Positions 7,855 to 15,406 of a stretch of DNA of 36,733 bases are shown piece by piece. The notes beneath the pieces were generated by a model. It was given only the letters and a program-made list of their open reading frames with translations. It had not been told where the DNA came from and made no database searches. Made by a program: the position numbers and the translations under genes. The DNA is from an uncultured Bacilli bacterium (GTDB lineage: Bacteria; Bacillota_I; Bacilli_A; RF39; UBA660): contig CALVZI010000074.1 in NCBI GenBank assembly GCA_944372485.1, positions 1 through 36,733 of the forward strand, written 5' to 3'. Position 1 is the first letter of the stretch. The number at the start of each line of letters is the position of its first letter.

Positions 7855-10680
7855 TTACTTAAATTTCTTTTTTAAGCTTAATTCATATTCCTGGTAAGCC
7901 CTAGGATCATAACTAAAAATACCCGAATATTCTTTATTATCAGAAGTTTTATAGTGATACCAACCATTTCCTACTTCTCCTTCTTTAATTGAATCTAATG
8001 GTGTTTCTTTTCCAATCAAAGCATTTATAATTTGAATATGTTGTTTAACGTTTTTATTGTCTATATTATTAATTTGTTTTACTTTAGATCTACTATCTAA
8101 ATATATGTTATTGGTATTAATATAATTATCTTTAGTTAAAAACGATAGTTCTTGATGCAAAACAACTTGTTGTCCACCTGCATCTGTATATATTTTCGGC
8201 AATAAATCTTTTAATTTATTTTTTACGAAAACAATATTTTCTCTTTTATCCAACTTAATATATTTATTTAACGAGCTAATTTTAACATCTCGAGAATTCC
8301 TTCCTAAAGTAATCATTTTTATTCTTTCAGTTTCATTCTCCTTATAAAATGACTCTTTATAAATCTCTTCTGTTGCTTTTAAATAACAATTAAACCATTC
8401 ATCAACATTTTTTTGTTCATTTTTTATACACTCTATATTATCAAAACAAACAACATTTCCATTTCGCCATACCCAACTTTGAGCAATTAAGACATTATCT
8501 TTCCACACACAAAAAATACGATTATCAGGATTTAACATTGTATAATGAACCGCAGTCTTAGCATGCCCATCAATTCTAAAACAACAATTAGTTAGTTTTC
8601 CAACTGCTAAAGCAAGTGGATCATTTGTATTTAACATTTCATAATGATAACCATTATATTCTCCTTTTACTTGCGGTATAGTTGCATAATAACGCATTTT
8701 CATATCAAGATAATATTTTTTTATATTAGAAATAGCTAAATCACTATTTCCAATATAAAATAAGTAAGGCTTCAAATCAAAATATTCTATTCCTATATCA
8801 TATGATTGAAATAATTGTTTTTCAACAAATGATTTTATCATTGAAAGAGAGAGTTTTTGACTAGGATAAAATTTAATAATTTTATCCCAATTATTATAAA
8901 TATTGGCGAAATTTTTTACAATAATATTTTCTGCATTTAATTTTTTTAAAACTCCATTTTCTTTCCCAAAAAATAAATTAATTAATTTTTGATTATATTC
9001 AATTTTTCCATCTTTAGAAATTTTTATTTTAGATTTATCTATACTATCAAACAATAATTCCATTATTCTATAGTCATACTGACATTCATTTAAGATTTTC
9101 TTTAACTTATCAAAAGGAAAAACCATCAAACCACATAATAACAACTGAGAATATGTACTATGATTTCCAAAATCAGAAATGACATACGTACTAACACCAT
9201 TAACACCATTATATTTAACCCTATTCCAATAATCTTTAATAATTTTTAAATATTCCTTAGCATTAATGGCCATTATTTGTTTTAATTTAAAATCATCAAT
9301 GGCTCCCATTTCAATATTAAAACGTTTATGTACACATAATTCTAACTCATTATTAAAATATAATAGTTTACAAAGCGGAAAGCCATTAATACATCTTTTA
9401 TAATATATCCTTAAAATTTTCTTAAAATATTCTTCATCGTCCTTTATAGTAATATATTCTATAAGATCATGTAATAATAATTGATAACCAAAATCAAACA
9501 ATTCTTTATTATTATGCTTATTTAAATATGCCAATAATTTAATGTAATCATCACAAAAAATTGTATTAATATTTTTTATTTTTTCTAATGTTATATCTTC
9601 TTTTTTTAATTTTTTTTCTAATAATTCAAAATATTTGAGATATTCAAAATAATCATTGTTGTGCAAATAATTAGTAATTTCTTTATAATTTCCTTTTGTT
9701 TCTAAATAATATCTAATTAGTGGTGCTTGGCTAATCGTATTTTTTAAAATAATTTTTTTTATATTTTCATTATCAAGTATTTTAGAGATTAAGAAAGGAT
9801 ATTTTTTTAATATATCAACTTTTTCTTTTACCAATATGTTAAAAAAGGGCATAAATAAGGTAATACCATAGTCTAAATTTTCATTTACAAATAAATATTT
9901 ATAATACTTTTTAAAAAACAAATCCATTGTTATTAAATTACCAGTATACCCTACATATTTATCGATTTTTTCAAACTTCAATAATTTTTGTTTTATTTTT
10001 TCATCATATTTATTTAATAAAGATAATCCTTCATTTGTATCTTTTTTCATAAATATTTTGTGCATGATTTCCGATAAACTTATTCTTTCTTCATTTAATT
10101 CTTTTATATTGTTAAGTAAATCATCAAGAACTCCATTTTCATAAATCGCATCTAAATATTGATTTTTTTCTTTATTTTTATTTAAATCACTCTTTGAATA
10201 AAAATTATTAATAGCCAAAATATAATCATTTGTTTTTTGATAATTTATTTTTAAATGATACTCTTCTAATAATTTAATTTTTTCATCTAAAGTTAAACAT
10301 CTAGATTCAGCAATAGTTTTTTCTTTAGCGAATTTTAATATATTAATATTTTTATCAATTAAAAATTTTATAGAATCATAATATAAACAATCAATTACAC
10401 TTTTATGACTTAAGTCTATACTATTAAGAAATCCTTGGATTATAGTTAAATTATCCTTTATATTATCTTTAAAAAAGTTTAATTGTTCCTCTCTTGTACT
10501 AATTTTTAATAATTTATAAAAAACAGAAATATTAATATCTCTTAAATCAATATTTTGTAACTTCAAATTAGAATCAATTTCACTATTATCAAAATCAATA
10601 ATATTAGTTAAAGTTGTAATATCTTCAAATTCAATTAATTTAACAATTAAGTTATCAATATAATAACTAGTTTTTGGCAT
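7855..10680 (-). CDS. large hypothetical protein, paralogue A (941 aa): diverged helical N-terminal ~650 aa plus conserved C-terminal Cys/His domain
   Basis: Intact 941-aa ORF with AAAGGTGGTGA RBS. No signal peptide or TM segment is visible. The C-terminal block YYATIPQVKGEYNGYHYEMLNTNDP...GKLTNCCFRIDGHAKTAVHYTMLNP.NRIFCVWKDN...AQSWVWR.GN..CFDNIECIK is almost invariant with the neighbouring paralogue. Confidence 0.85.
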   Translation of the reverse strand: MPKTSYYIDNLIVKLIEFEDITTLTNIIDFDNSEIDSNLKLQNIDLRDINISVFYKLLKISTREEQLNFFKDNIKDNLTIIQGFLNSIDLSHKSVIDCLYYDSIKFLIDKNINILKFAKEKTIAESRCLTLDEKIKLLEEYHLKINYQKTNDYILAINNFYSKSDLNKNKEKNQYLDAIYENGVLDDLLNNIKELNEERISLSEIMHKIFMKKDTNEGLSLLNKYDEKIKQKLLKFEKIDKYVGYTGNLITMDLFFKKYYKYLFVNENLDYGITLFMPFFNILVKEKVDILKKYPFLISKILDNENIKKIILKNTISQAPLIRYYLETKGNYKEITNYLHNNDYFEYLKYFELLEKKLKKEDITLEKIKNINTIFCDDYIKLLAYLNKHNNKELFDFGYQLLLHDLIEYITIKDDEEYFKKILRIYYKRCINGFPLCKLLYFNNELELCVHKRFNIEMGAIDDFKLKQIMAINAKEYLKIIKDYWNRVKYNGVNGVSTYVISDFGNHSTYSQLLLCGLMVFPFDKLKKILNECQYDYRIMELLFDSIDKSKIKISKDGKIEYNQKLINLFFGKENGVLKKLNAENIIVKNFANIYNNWDKIIKFYPSQKLSLSMIKSFVEKQLFQSYDIGIEYFDLKPYLFYIGNSDLAISNIKKYYLDMKMRYYATIPQVKGEYNGYHYEMLNTNDPLALAVGKLTNCCFRIDGHAKTAVHYTMLNPDNRIFCVWKDNVLIAQSWVWRNGNVVCFDNIECIKNEQKNVDEWFNCYLKATEEIYKESFYKENETERIKMITLGRNSRDVKISSLNKYIKLDKRENIVFVKNKLKDLLPKIYTDAGGQQVVLHQELSFLTKDNYINTNNIYLDSRSKVKQINNIDNKNVKQHIQIINALIGKETPLDSIKEGEVGNGWYHYKTSDNKEYSGIFSYDPRAYQEYELSLKKKFK
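7858..8035. repeat. near-identical 3'-terminal coding block, copy 1 (partner 10789-10966)
   Basis: Hand alignment at a constant offset of 2931 nt gives 7 mismatches in 178 nt with no indels. The flanking gene sequence is much more diverged. Confidence 0.9.
8467..8718. repeat. highly conserved catalytic-domain-like coding block, copy 1 (partner 11413-11664)
   Basis: Hand alignment at an offset of 2946 nt gives 18 mismatches in 252 nt with no indels. The block encodes YYATIPQ...NCCFRIDGH...SWVWR. Confidence 0.85.
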
Positions 10681-10706
10681 AAATCACCACCTTTAAAATT
10701 TCAAAT

Positions 10707-10715
10707 ATTATATCA
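10707..10715 (-). promoter_or_regulatory. extended -10 promoter of paralogue A
   Basis: Minus strand TGA-TATAAT (10715-10707). The -35 is weak (TTTTCT). The 5' UTR aligns with that of paralogue B. Confidence 0.45.
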
Positions 10716-10743
10716 CATTAAACTATTAAAGAAAAACTTTTTC

Positions 10744-10767
10744 CCATGCTTTCTCTATTTCTATAAA
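10744..10767 (-). other. 24-nt relic resembling the 3' end of nusG, between the two paralogues
   Basis: Plus strand 10744-10767 (CCATGCTTTCTCTATTTCTATAAA) versus nusG end 13706-13729 (CTATGCTTTCTCAATTTCTGTAAG): 20 of 24 identical. Confidence 0.4.
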
Positions 10768-10785
10768 AATTATTTTGACACAAAA

Positions 10786-13638
10786 CTATTTAAATTTCTT
10801 TTTTAAGCTTAATTCATATTCCTGGTAAGCTCTAGGATCATAACTAAAAATACCCGAATATTCTTTATTATCAGAAATTTTATAGTGATACCAACCATCT
10901 CCTATTTCTCCTTCTTTAATTGAATCTAATGGTGTTTCTTTACCAATTAAAGCATTAATACTTATAATTTTATCTTTTATTCTTTTTAGTAATAAAATAT
11001 CATTACTTATTTTAGATATATTCTGAATTTTAGACCTTTTATCTAAATAAATATTATGGCACTCTTTACTGTTTTTCTTTACTGTGAAACATGGTTCTTT
11101 ATATAAAACTATCTGTTCATATATTGAATCAGTATAAATCTTCTTTATTTCATTAGGTATTTCACTAGTTGGAATTAACATTTCTTCTTTATTTTTAATA
11201 TTTTCATAAGATTTAAGTTGCTCAATTACAACATCTTTAGGATTTCTTCCTAACGTAATCATTTTTATATGTTCTAATTCATTCTCTTTTTTTAATGAAT
11301 CTGTATAAATCTTTTTAGCAGCTTCTAAATAACATTCTCCCCAAATATTAGCATTTGCAACTTCTTTTTTTATACATTCAATATTATCAAAACACAAATA
11401 ATTTCCTTTTCTCCATACCCAACTTTGAGCAACTAATTCATTATCCTTCCACACACAAAAAATACGATTATTTGGATTTAACATTGTATAATGAAGTGCA
11501 GTTTTAGCATGCCCATCAATTCTAAAACAGCAATTAGTTAGTTTTCCAACTGCTAAAACAAAAGGATCATTTGTATTTAACATTTCATAATGATAACCAT
11601 TAAATTCTCCTTTTACTTGTGGTATAGTTGCATAGTAACGCATTTTCATATCTAAATAATATTTATCTAAAATTTCAAATACTTCTTTATCATTATTAAT
11701 TTTCTCATTACAAATAATATAATATAAATAATCTTTAAGATCATTATATTGAGGTGGTAGCTTTTCATCAACAAAGAATTTTTCTTTAACAAAATTTTTT
11801 GCCATTTTTAAAGATATATTTTTAGTTTTATAAAATTTTATAATATCATCCCAATAATTATAAATATATGTAAAATAAATTACTAAATCATTATTATTAT
11901 CTAAAGACTTAAATTTTTGATTATTTTTAAAAATTAAATTAATCATTTTTTTATTATAAATAATTTTATTACCATCAATTATAACTTTATTTATATCAAT
12001 ATCTTTAAATAATTTTTTTATGATTACAATAAAATTATCATCTATATTATCTAATATTATTTTTAATTTATCATAAGGAAATACTAACAAACCTTTTAAT
12101 ATAAAATACTCAAAATCATCTTTATTTTCAATTTTATATTTAGATTCATACTTTTTAATTATTTTTAGATATTCTTTAGCATTAATAACTTTTATTTTTT
12201 TTATATCACAAATATCAGCAACAGCAAATTCTTTTTTAAATTTTTGATGAATATTAAGTTCAATTTCATCATTAAAATATAATAACTTACTTAAAGGAAA
12301 CCCATTAATACAATTTTTATAATATAACTTCATTAGTCCTTCATATTCTTCTTCATTGTCTTTTACTTTAACAAATTTTTTTATATCTTTTATAAATATT
12401 TTGTAACCAAAATCATACACTTCTTTATTATCATGAGTATTTAAGTACGACAATAATTTAATATAATCATTAGAATATATTGTTTTAATATTTTTTATTT
12501 CTTTTAAAGATATTTCTTTATTTCTTAAATTTTTTTCTAACTTTAAAAAATAATTAAAATAAATATTATAATAATATTCATCTAAACATAAAGCAATATC
12601 TTTAAAATCAGCTTTATTTTCTAAAAAATATTTACAAATTGGTAAATTATAATTAAAATTTTCCATAATTATTTTTTTTATTTCTAAGCTATCTAAATTT
12701 TTTAAAGAAAACAAAGGGTAATATTTTAAAATATCTTCACCTCTTTGTAAAACCCTATTAAAAAATGGAATATAAAATTTCATAGCGTATTCTAAATTAT
12801 TTTCTGTAAATATAATATTAGTATACTTTTTCATAAATAATTTAATTAATTCAAAATTTTTATAATTAAATAAATTTTCATTAAAAGTTTCATGATTTAA
12901 TAATCTTTTTATTATTTCTTCGTTGTATTTATTTAATAATTTAATTCCATCATTTTTATATTCTTGTCTAAATATTTTATATAAGATATCATTTAAACTA
13001 ATTCTTTTTTGATTTAAACTTTTTATATGCTTAAACATTTCCTCTAGTTCATACTCACTATATGTATCTTGTGCGAAATAATAATTTTTATTTATTTTAA
13101 AATCACTTGACTCTAATTGAATAAATATTTCGTTCATTTTATCCTTTTCTTCTTGGCTGTAATAATCTAAAATCAAATTAATAATATCAGCAACTGTTTG
13201 ATAATCAACTTTTAAATAATAATTTTCTAATAAAGCAATTTTTTCTTGTAAAGTTATACCATCAGACTTGGCAATAGATTCTCTAGGAACGATATCAAGC
13301 AAATTTATACCATTTTCAATTAAATAAACAATTGTATCATAATACAAAACGTAAAATAAACTTTCCTTTTCAAGACTACAAATTTTAAATAGTTTTTCAA
13401 AGATTTCTGAATGTTGATTAATATTCTTTTTAAAGAAAGATAATTGTTCTTCTCTATTACTATTTTTTAATGCATTATAAAAATTATTGATATTTAAATT
13501 ATTAACATCAATATTTTCTAATTTAATTGTTTCATCAACATTTCCATTAAATTGAACTAACTGAGAAAGAGAATGAATGTCAATTTTTTCCATTATAAAT
13601 TTTAATATTTCTTTTTGTATATCTAATTTTTTTGGCAT
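10786..13638 (-). CDS. large hypothetical protein, paralogue B (950 aa), same architecture as 7855-10680
   Basis: Intact 950-aa ORF with AGAAGGTGA RBS. It is collinear with paralogue A over its whole length. By eye the N-terminus is ~40% identical, and the last 57 aa differ at 3 positions. Confidence 0.85.
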   Translation of the reverse strand: MPKKLDIQKEILKFIMEKIDIHSLSQLVQFNGNVDETIKLENIDVNNLNINNFYNALKNSNREEQLSFFKKNINQHSEIFEKLFKICSLEKESLFYVLYYDTIVYLIENGINLLDIVPRESIAKSDGITLQEKIALLENYYLKVDYQTVADIINLILDYYSQEEKDKMNEIFIQLESSDFKINKNYYFAQDTYSEYELEEMFKHIKSLNQKRISLNDILYKIFRQEYKNDGIKLLNKYNEEIIKRLLNHETFNENLFNYKNFELIKLFMKKYTNIIFTENNLEYAMKFYIPFFNRVLQRGEDILKYYPLFSLKNLDSLEIKKIIMENFNYNLPICKYFLENKADFKDIALCLDEYYYNIYFNYFLKLEKNLRNKEISLKEIKNIKTIYSNDYIKLLSYLNTHDNKEVYDFGYKIFIKDIKKFVKVKDNEEEYEGLMKLYYKNCINGFPLSKLLYFNDEIELNIHQKFKKEFAVADICDIKKIKVINAKEYLKIIKKYESKYKIENKDDFEYFILKGLLVFPYDKLKIILDNIDDNFIVIIKKLFKDIDINKVIIDGNKIIYNKKMINLIFKNNQKFKSLDNNNDLVIYFTYIYNYWDDIIKFYKTKNISLKMAKNFVKEKFFVDEKLPPQYNDLKDYLYYIICNEKINNDKEVFEILDKYYLDMKMRYYATIPQVKGEFNGYHYEMLNTNDPFVLAVGKLTNCCFRIDGHAKTALHYTMLNPNNRIFCVWKDNELVAQSWVWRKGNYLCFDNIECIKKEVANANIWGECYLEAAKKIYTDSLKKENELEHIKMITLGRNPKDVVIEQLKSYENIKNKEEMLIPTSEIPNEIKKIYTDSIYEQIVLYKEPCFTVKKNSKECHNIYLDKRSKIQNISKISNDILLLKRIKDKIISINALIGKETPLDSIKEGEIGDGWYHYKISDNKEYSGIFSYDPRAYQEYELSLKKKFK
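10789..10966. repeat. near-identical 3'-terminal coding block, copy 2 (partner 7858-8035)
   Basis: See partner: 171 of 178 nt identical. Confidence 0.9.
11413..11664. repeat. highly conserved catalytic-domain-like coding block, copy 2 (partner 8467-8718)
   Basis: See partner: 234 of 252 nt identical. Confidence 0.85.
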
Positions 13639-13666
13639 AATTTCACCTTCTTAAATTTTTTCAGTT

Positions 13667-13675
13667 ATTATAACA
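13667..13675 (-). promoter_or_regulatory. extended -10 promoter of paralogue B
   Basis: Minus strand TGT-TATAAT (13675-13667), immediately after the nusG terminator. No good -35. Confidence 0.45.
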
Positions 13676-13684
13676 CATAAACTC

Positions 13685-13715
13685 AAAAAAAAGAAAGCAT
13701 ATACACTATGCTTTC
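13685..13715 (-). terminator. rho-independent terminator of secE-nusG
   Basis: 9-bp stem GAAAGCATA / TATGCTTTC (13693-13701 / 13707-13715) with a 5-nt loop, followed on the minus strand by T8 (13692-13685). The stem includes the nusG TAG stop. Confidence 0.8.
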
Positions 13716-14239
13716 TCAATTTCTGTAAGAGCTAACTCAACAGTTGTTTCTTGACCAAATAAGTCAATGATTACTTCTAATTGTTGATGTTCAAAATCAA
13801 TCTTCTTAACAGTACCAATCATACCTTGGAATGGTCCAGAAATAACTTTTACTTTATCATCTTCTTTTAATTCATTACCTAAATCAAGACGACTCATTCC
13901 CATGCTTCCTAAAATATGATCTACTTCTTCTGGTGTTAGTGGGAATGGTTTAGCACCTTTACCACTAGAACCAATAAATCCTGTAACACCTGGTGTATTA
14001 CGTACAATAAACCATGCTTCATCAGTCATAACCATTTCAACTAAAATATAACCTGGAAACATTTTTACATTTTTTTCTTTTTCTTTTCCATCTTTTGTTT
14101 CAATTACTTTTTGTTCAGGAACGACTACACGATAAATATAATCTTCCATTCCCATTGAACTTGCTCGCATCTCTAACTTTTCTTTTACTTTATTCTCGTG
14201 ACCTGAATAAGTATTAACTACATACCATTCTTTTTGCAT
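13706..14239 (-). CDS. nusG: transcription termination/antitermination factor NusG
   Basis: 177 aa: MQKEWYVVNTYSGHENKVKEKLE... NGN domain, C-terminal KOW (VKVISGPFQGMIGTVKKID). The ATG overlaps the secE stop (TAATG). Confidence 0.96.
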   Translation of the reverse strand: MQKEWYVVNTYSGHENKVKEKLEMRASSMGMEDYIYRVVVPEQKVIETKDGKEKEKNVKMFPGYILVEMVMTDEAWFIVRNTPGVTGFIGSSGKGAKPFPLTPEEVDHILGSMGMSRLDLGNELKEDDKVKVISGPFQGMIGTVKKIDFEHQQLEVIIDLFGQETTVELALTEIEKA

Positions 14240-14418
14240 TATTTCATCATCATCTTTACTGTTGCAATAATTAAGTCACCTAGTGCAAAGAATACACTAA
14301 AGAATAATATAAAAGTTAATGTTGCGATAGAATATTTGACCATTTCCTTTTTACCTGGCCATCTTACTTTTTTTAATTCTTTTTTTACACTTACTAAGAA
14401 TCGTGCTAATTTCTTCAT
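14239..14418 (-). CDS. secE: preprotein translocase subunit SecE
   Basis: Not in the ORF track. Own translation gives MKKLARFLVSVKKELKKVRWPGKKEMVKYSIATLTFILFFSVFFALGDLIIATVKMMMK (59 aa). It has the typical SecE K-V-x-WP motif and a single TM helix. RBS is AAGTAGGTGA. It lies directly upstream of nusG. Confidence 0.88.
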   Translation of the reverse strand: MKKLARFLVSVKKELKKVRWPGKKEMVKYSIATLTFILFFSVFFALGDLIIATVKMMMK

Positions 14419-14437
14419 ATGTCACCTACTTTATTCT

Positions 14438-14486
14438 AAAATAAAAACACTATCTCGTGTTACCCGTAATATAACACAAAATAGTG
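14438..14486 (-). terminator. terminator hairpin of the upstream orphan gene, interleaved with the secE promoter
   Basis: Minus strand: CACTAT TTT GTGTTA TATTACGG TAACAC GAG ATAGTG (14486-14448) followed by TTTTTATTTT. Confidence 0.5.
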
Positions 14487-14496
14487 TCTATGTCAA
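14468..14496 (-). promoter_or_regulatory. sigma-A-type promoter for secE-nusG
   Basis: Minus strand: TTGACA (14496-14491) immediately after the TAA stop at 14497-14499, 17 nt, TATATT (14473-14468) preceded by TGT. Confidence 0.6.
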
Positions 14497-15210
14497 TTAT
14501 TTTTTATAAATTAAATTATAATAATCATTATTTTTATTTTCACTAAAGTATGTTTTATATTTTTTTAGCATAGAAATTATTTCTTCAGAACTATATAACT
14601 TAAAGAAATTTTCCACTCTTATATCACTAATTACTTTTTTTCCAACTAATCGAATGTGATTTTGTATATCATATTCTGGTAAATTAATTTTATCATTTCC
14701 ATAAACATCAAAAACAGCTTTATCTTTTTTATTTCCACAAACAATTTGCATAAATTCACATTCATCTTTTAAGAAATATTTTGTATAACCTTTTTCAATA
14801 TCTATAGCATCAACTAAACTATCAATATTAATGTTAGGATATGTTTTTCCAAAGTTTATCAACTTAATTAACATGATATCTAACTTTTGATTTTTTAATT
14901 CATAAACTTTACGTGGATTATAATGATATTTTAAATATCCCTTTTTATATCCACCAAAAATATTTTGTAATTCTTTAGGAATATTAATTTTTATTCCTCC
15001 GTCAAAATAAATTTTAGTTCCACCTTTTTTCTTATCAAATAAATCATTAGCAAAATTCTCATCAAGATTAATTTTTTTAGCTTGTTTTAAAGAATATTTT
15101 TTAATTTCACTCATATAATTCTTTACTATATTGTTAGTATAATCTAACGTTAATAAAGATTCTAATTCAATTAGTATATCATTATAAAATTCTATATATG
15201 CTAAATTCAT
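14497..15210 (-). CDS. hypothetical protein (237 aa), no recognisable domain
   Basis: The track ORF (to 15264) includes the promoter. The real start is MNLAYIEFYND at 15210, 6 nt after GGAGGGG. It has its own promoter and terminator. Confidence 0.7.
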   Translation of the reverse strand: MNLAYIEFYNDILIELESLLTLDYTNNIVKNYMSEIKKYSLKQAKKINLDENFANDLFDKKKGGTKIYFDGGIKINIPKELQNIFGGYKKGYLKYHYNPRKVYELKNQKLDIMLIKLINFGKTYPNINIDSLVDAIDIEKGYTKYFLKDECEFMQIVCGNKKDKAVFDVYGNDKINLPEYDIQNHIRLVGKKVISDIRVENFFKLYSSEEIISMLKKYKTYFSENKNNDYYNLIYKK

Positions 15211-15235
15211 AAAATCCCCTCCTCTATGAGGTACT

Positions 15236-15264
15236 ATTTTATTCTTTTTATTATTTTTTGTCAA
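15236..15264 (-). promoter_or_regulatory. sigma-A-type promoter of the 237-aa orphan
   Basis: Minus strand: TTGACA (15264-15259), 17 nt, TAAAAT (15241-15236). Confidence 0.6.
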
Positions 15265-15288
15265 ATTAAAAGGTGACTTAAGTCACCT
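15262..15288 (-). terminator. rho-independent terminator downstream of the yihY-like gene
   Basis: Perfect palindrome AGGTGACTTAAGTCACCT (15271-15288) followed on the minus strand by TTTTAATTT. Confidence 0.6.
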
Positions 15289-15406
15289 AGAGACAAAATT
15301 ACCTAAATAATACTTATTAGTTCACAGTTAAACTACACTCGGTACTATATGTAGTCTGCATACTTATAGGGTAATCGCTATAAGCATTCTTATTATATCC
15401 AAATAT

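Noticed and set aside
9610-9617. T8/A8 homopolymer tracts inside the large paralogues as phase-variation switches
   Set aside because: Such runs are expected from Lys (AAA) and Phe (TTT) codon strings at this base composition. Both ORFs are intact and there is no evidence of length variation from a single sequence.
6290-13675. Shared ATGTGTTATAAT-like strings at island borders as att or duplication sites
   Set aside because: The same TRTGnTATAAT string also occurs at the secE, rplJ and parE promoters. It is the Gram-positive extended -10 / -16 consensus, not a recombination scar.
6323-13684. Island as a prophage, IS or integrative element
   Set aside because: No integrase, transposase, recombinase, terminal inverted repeats, flanking direct repeats or tRNA target could be found. 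The only repeat structure is the internal tandem duplication.
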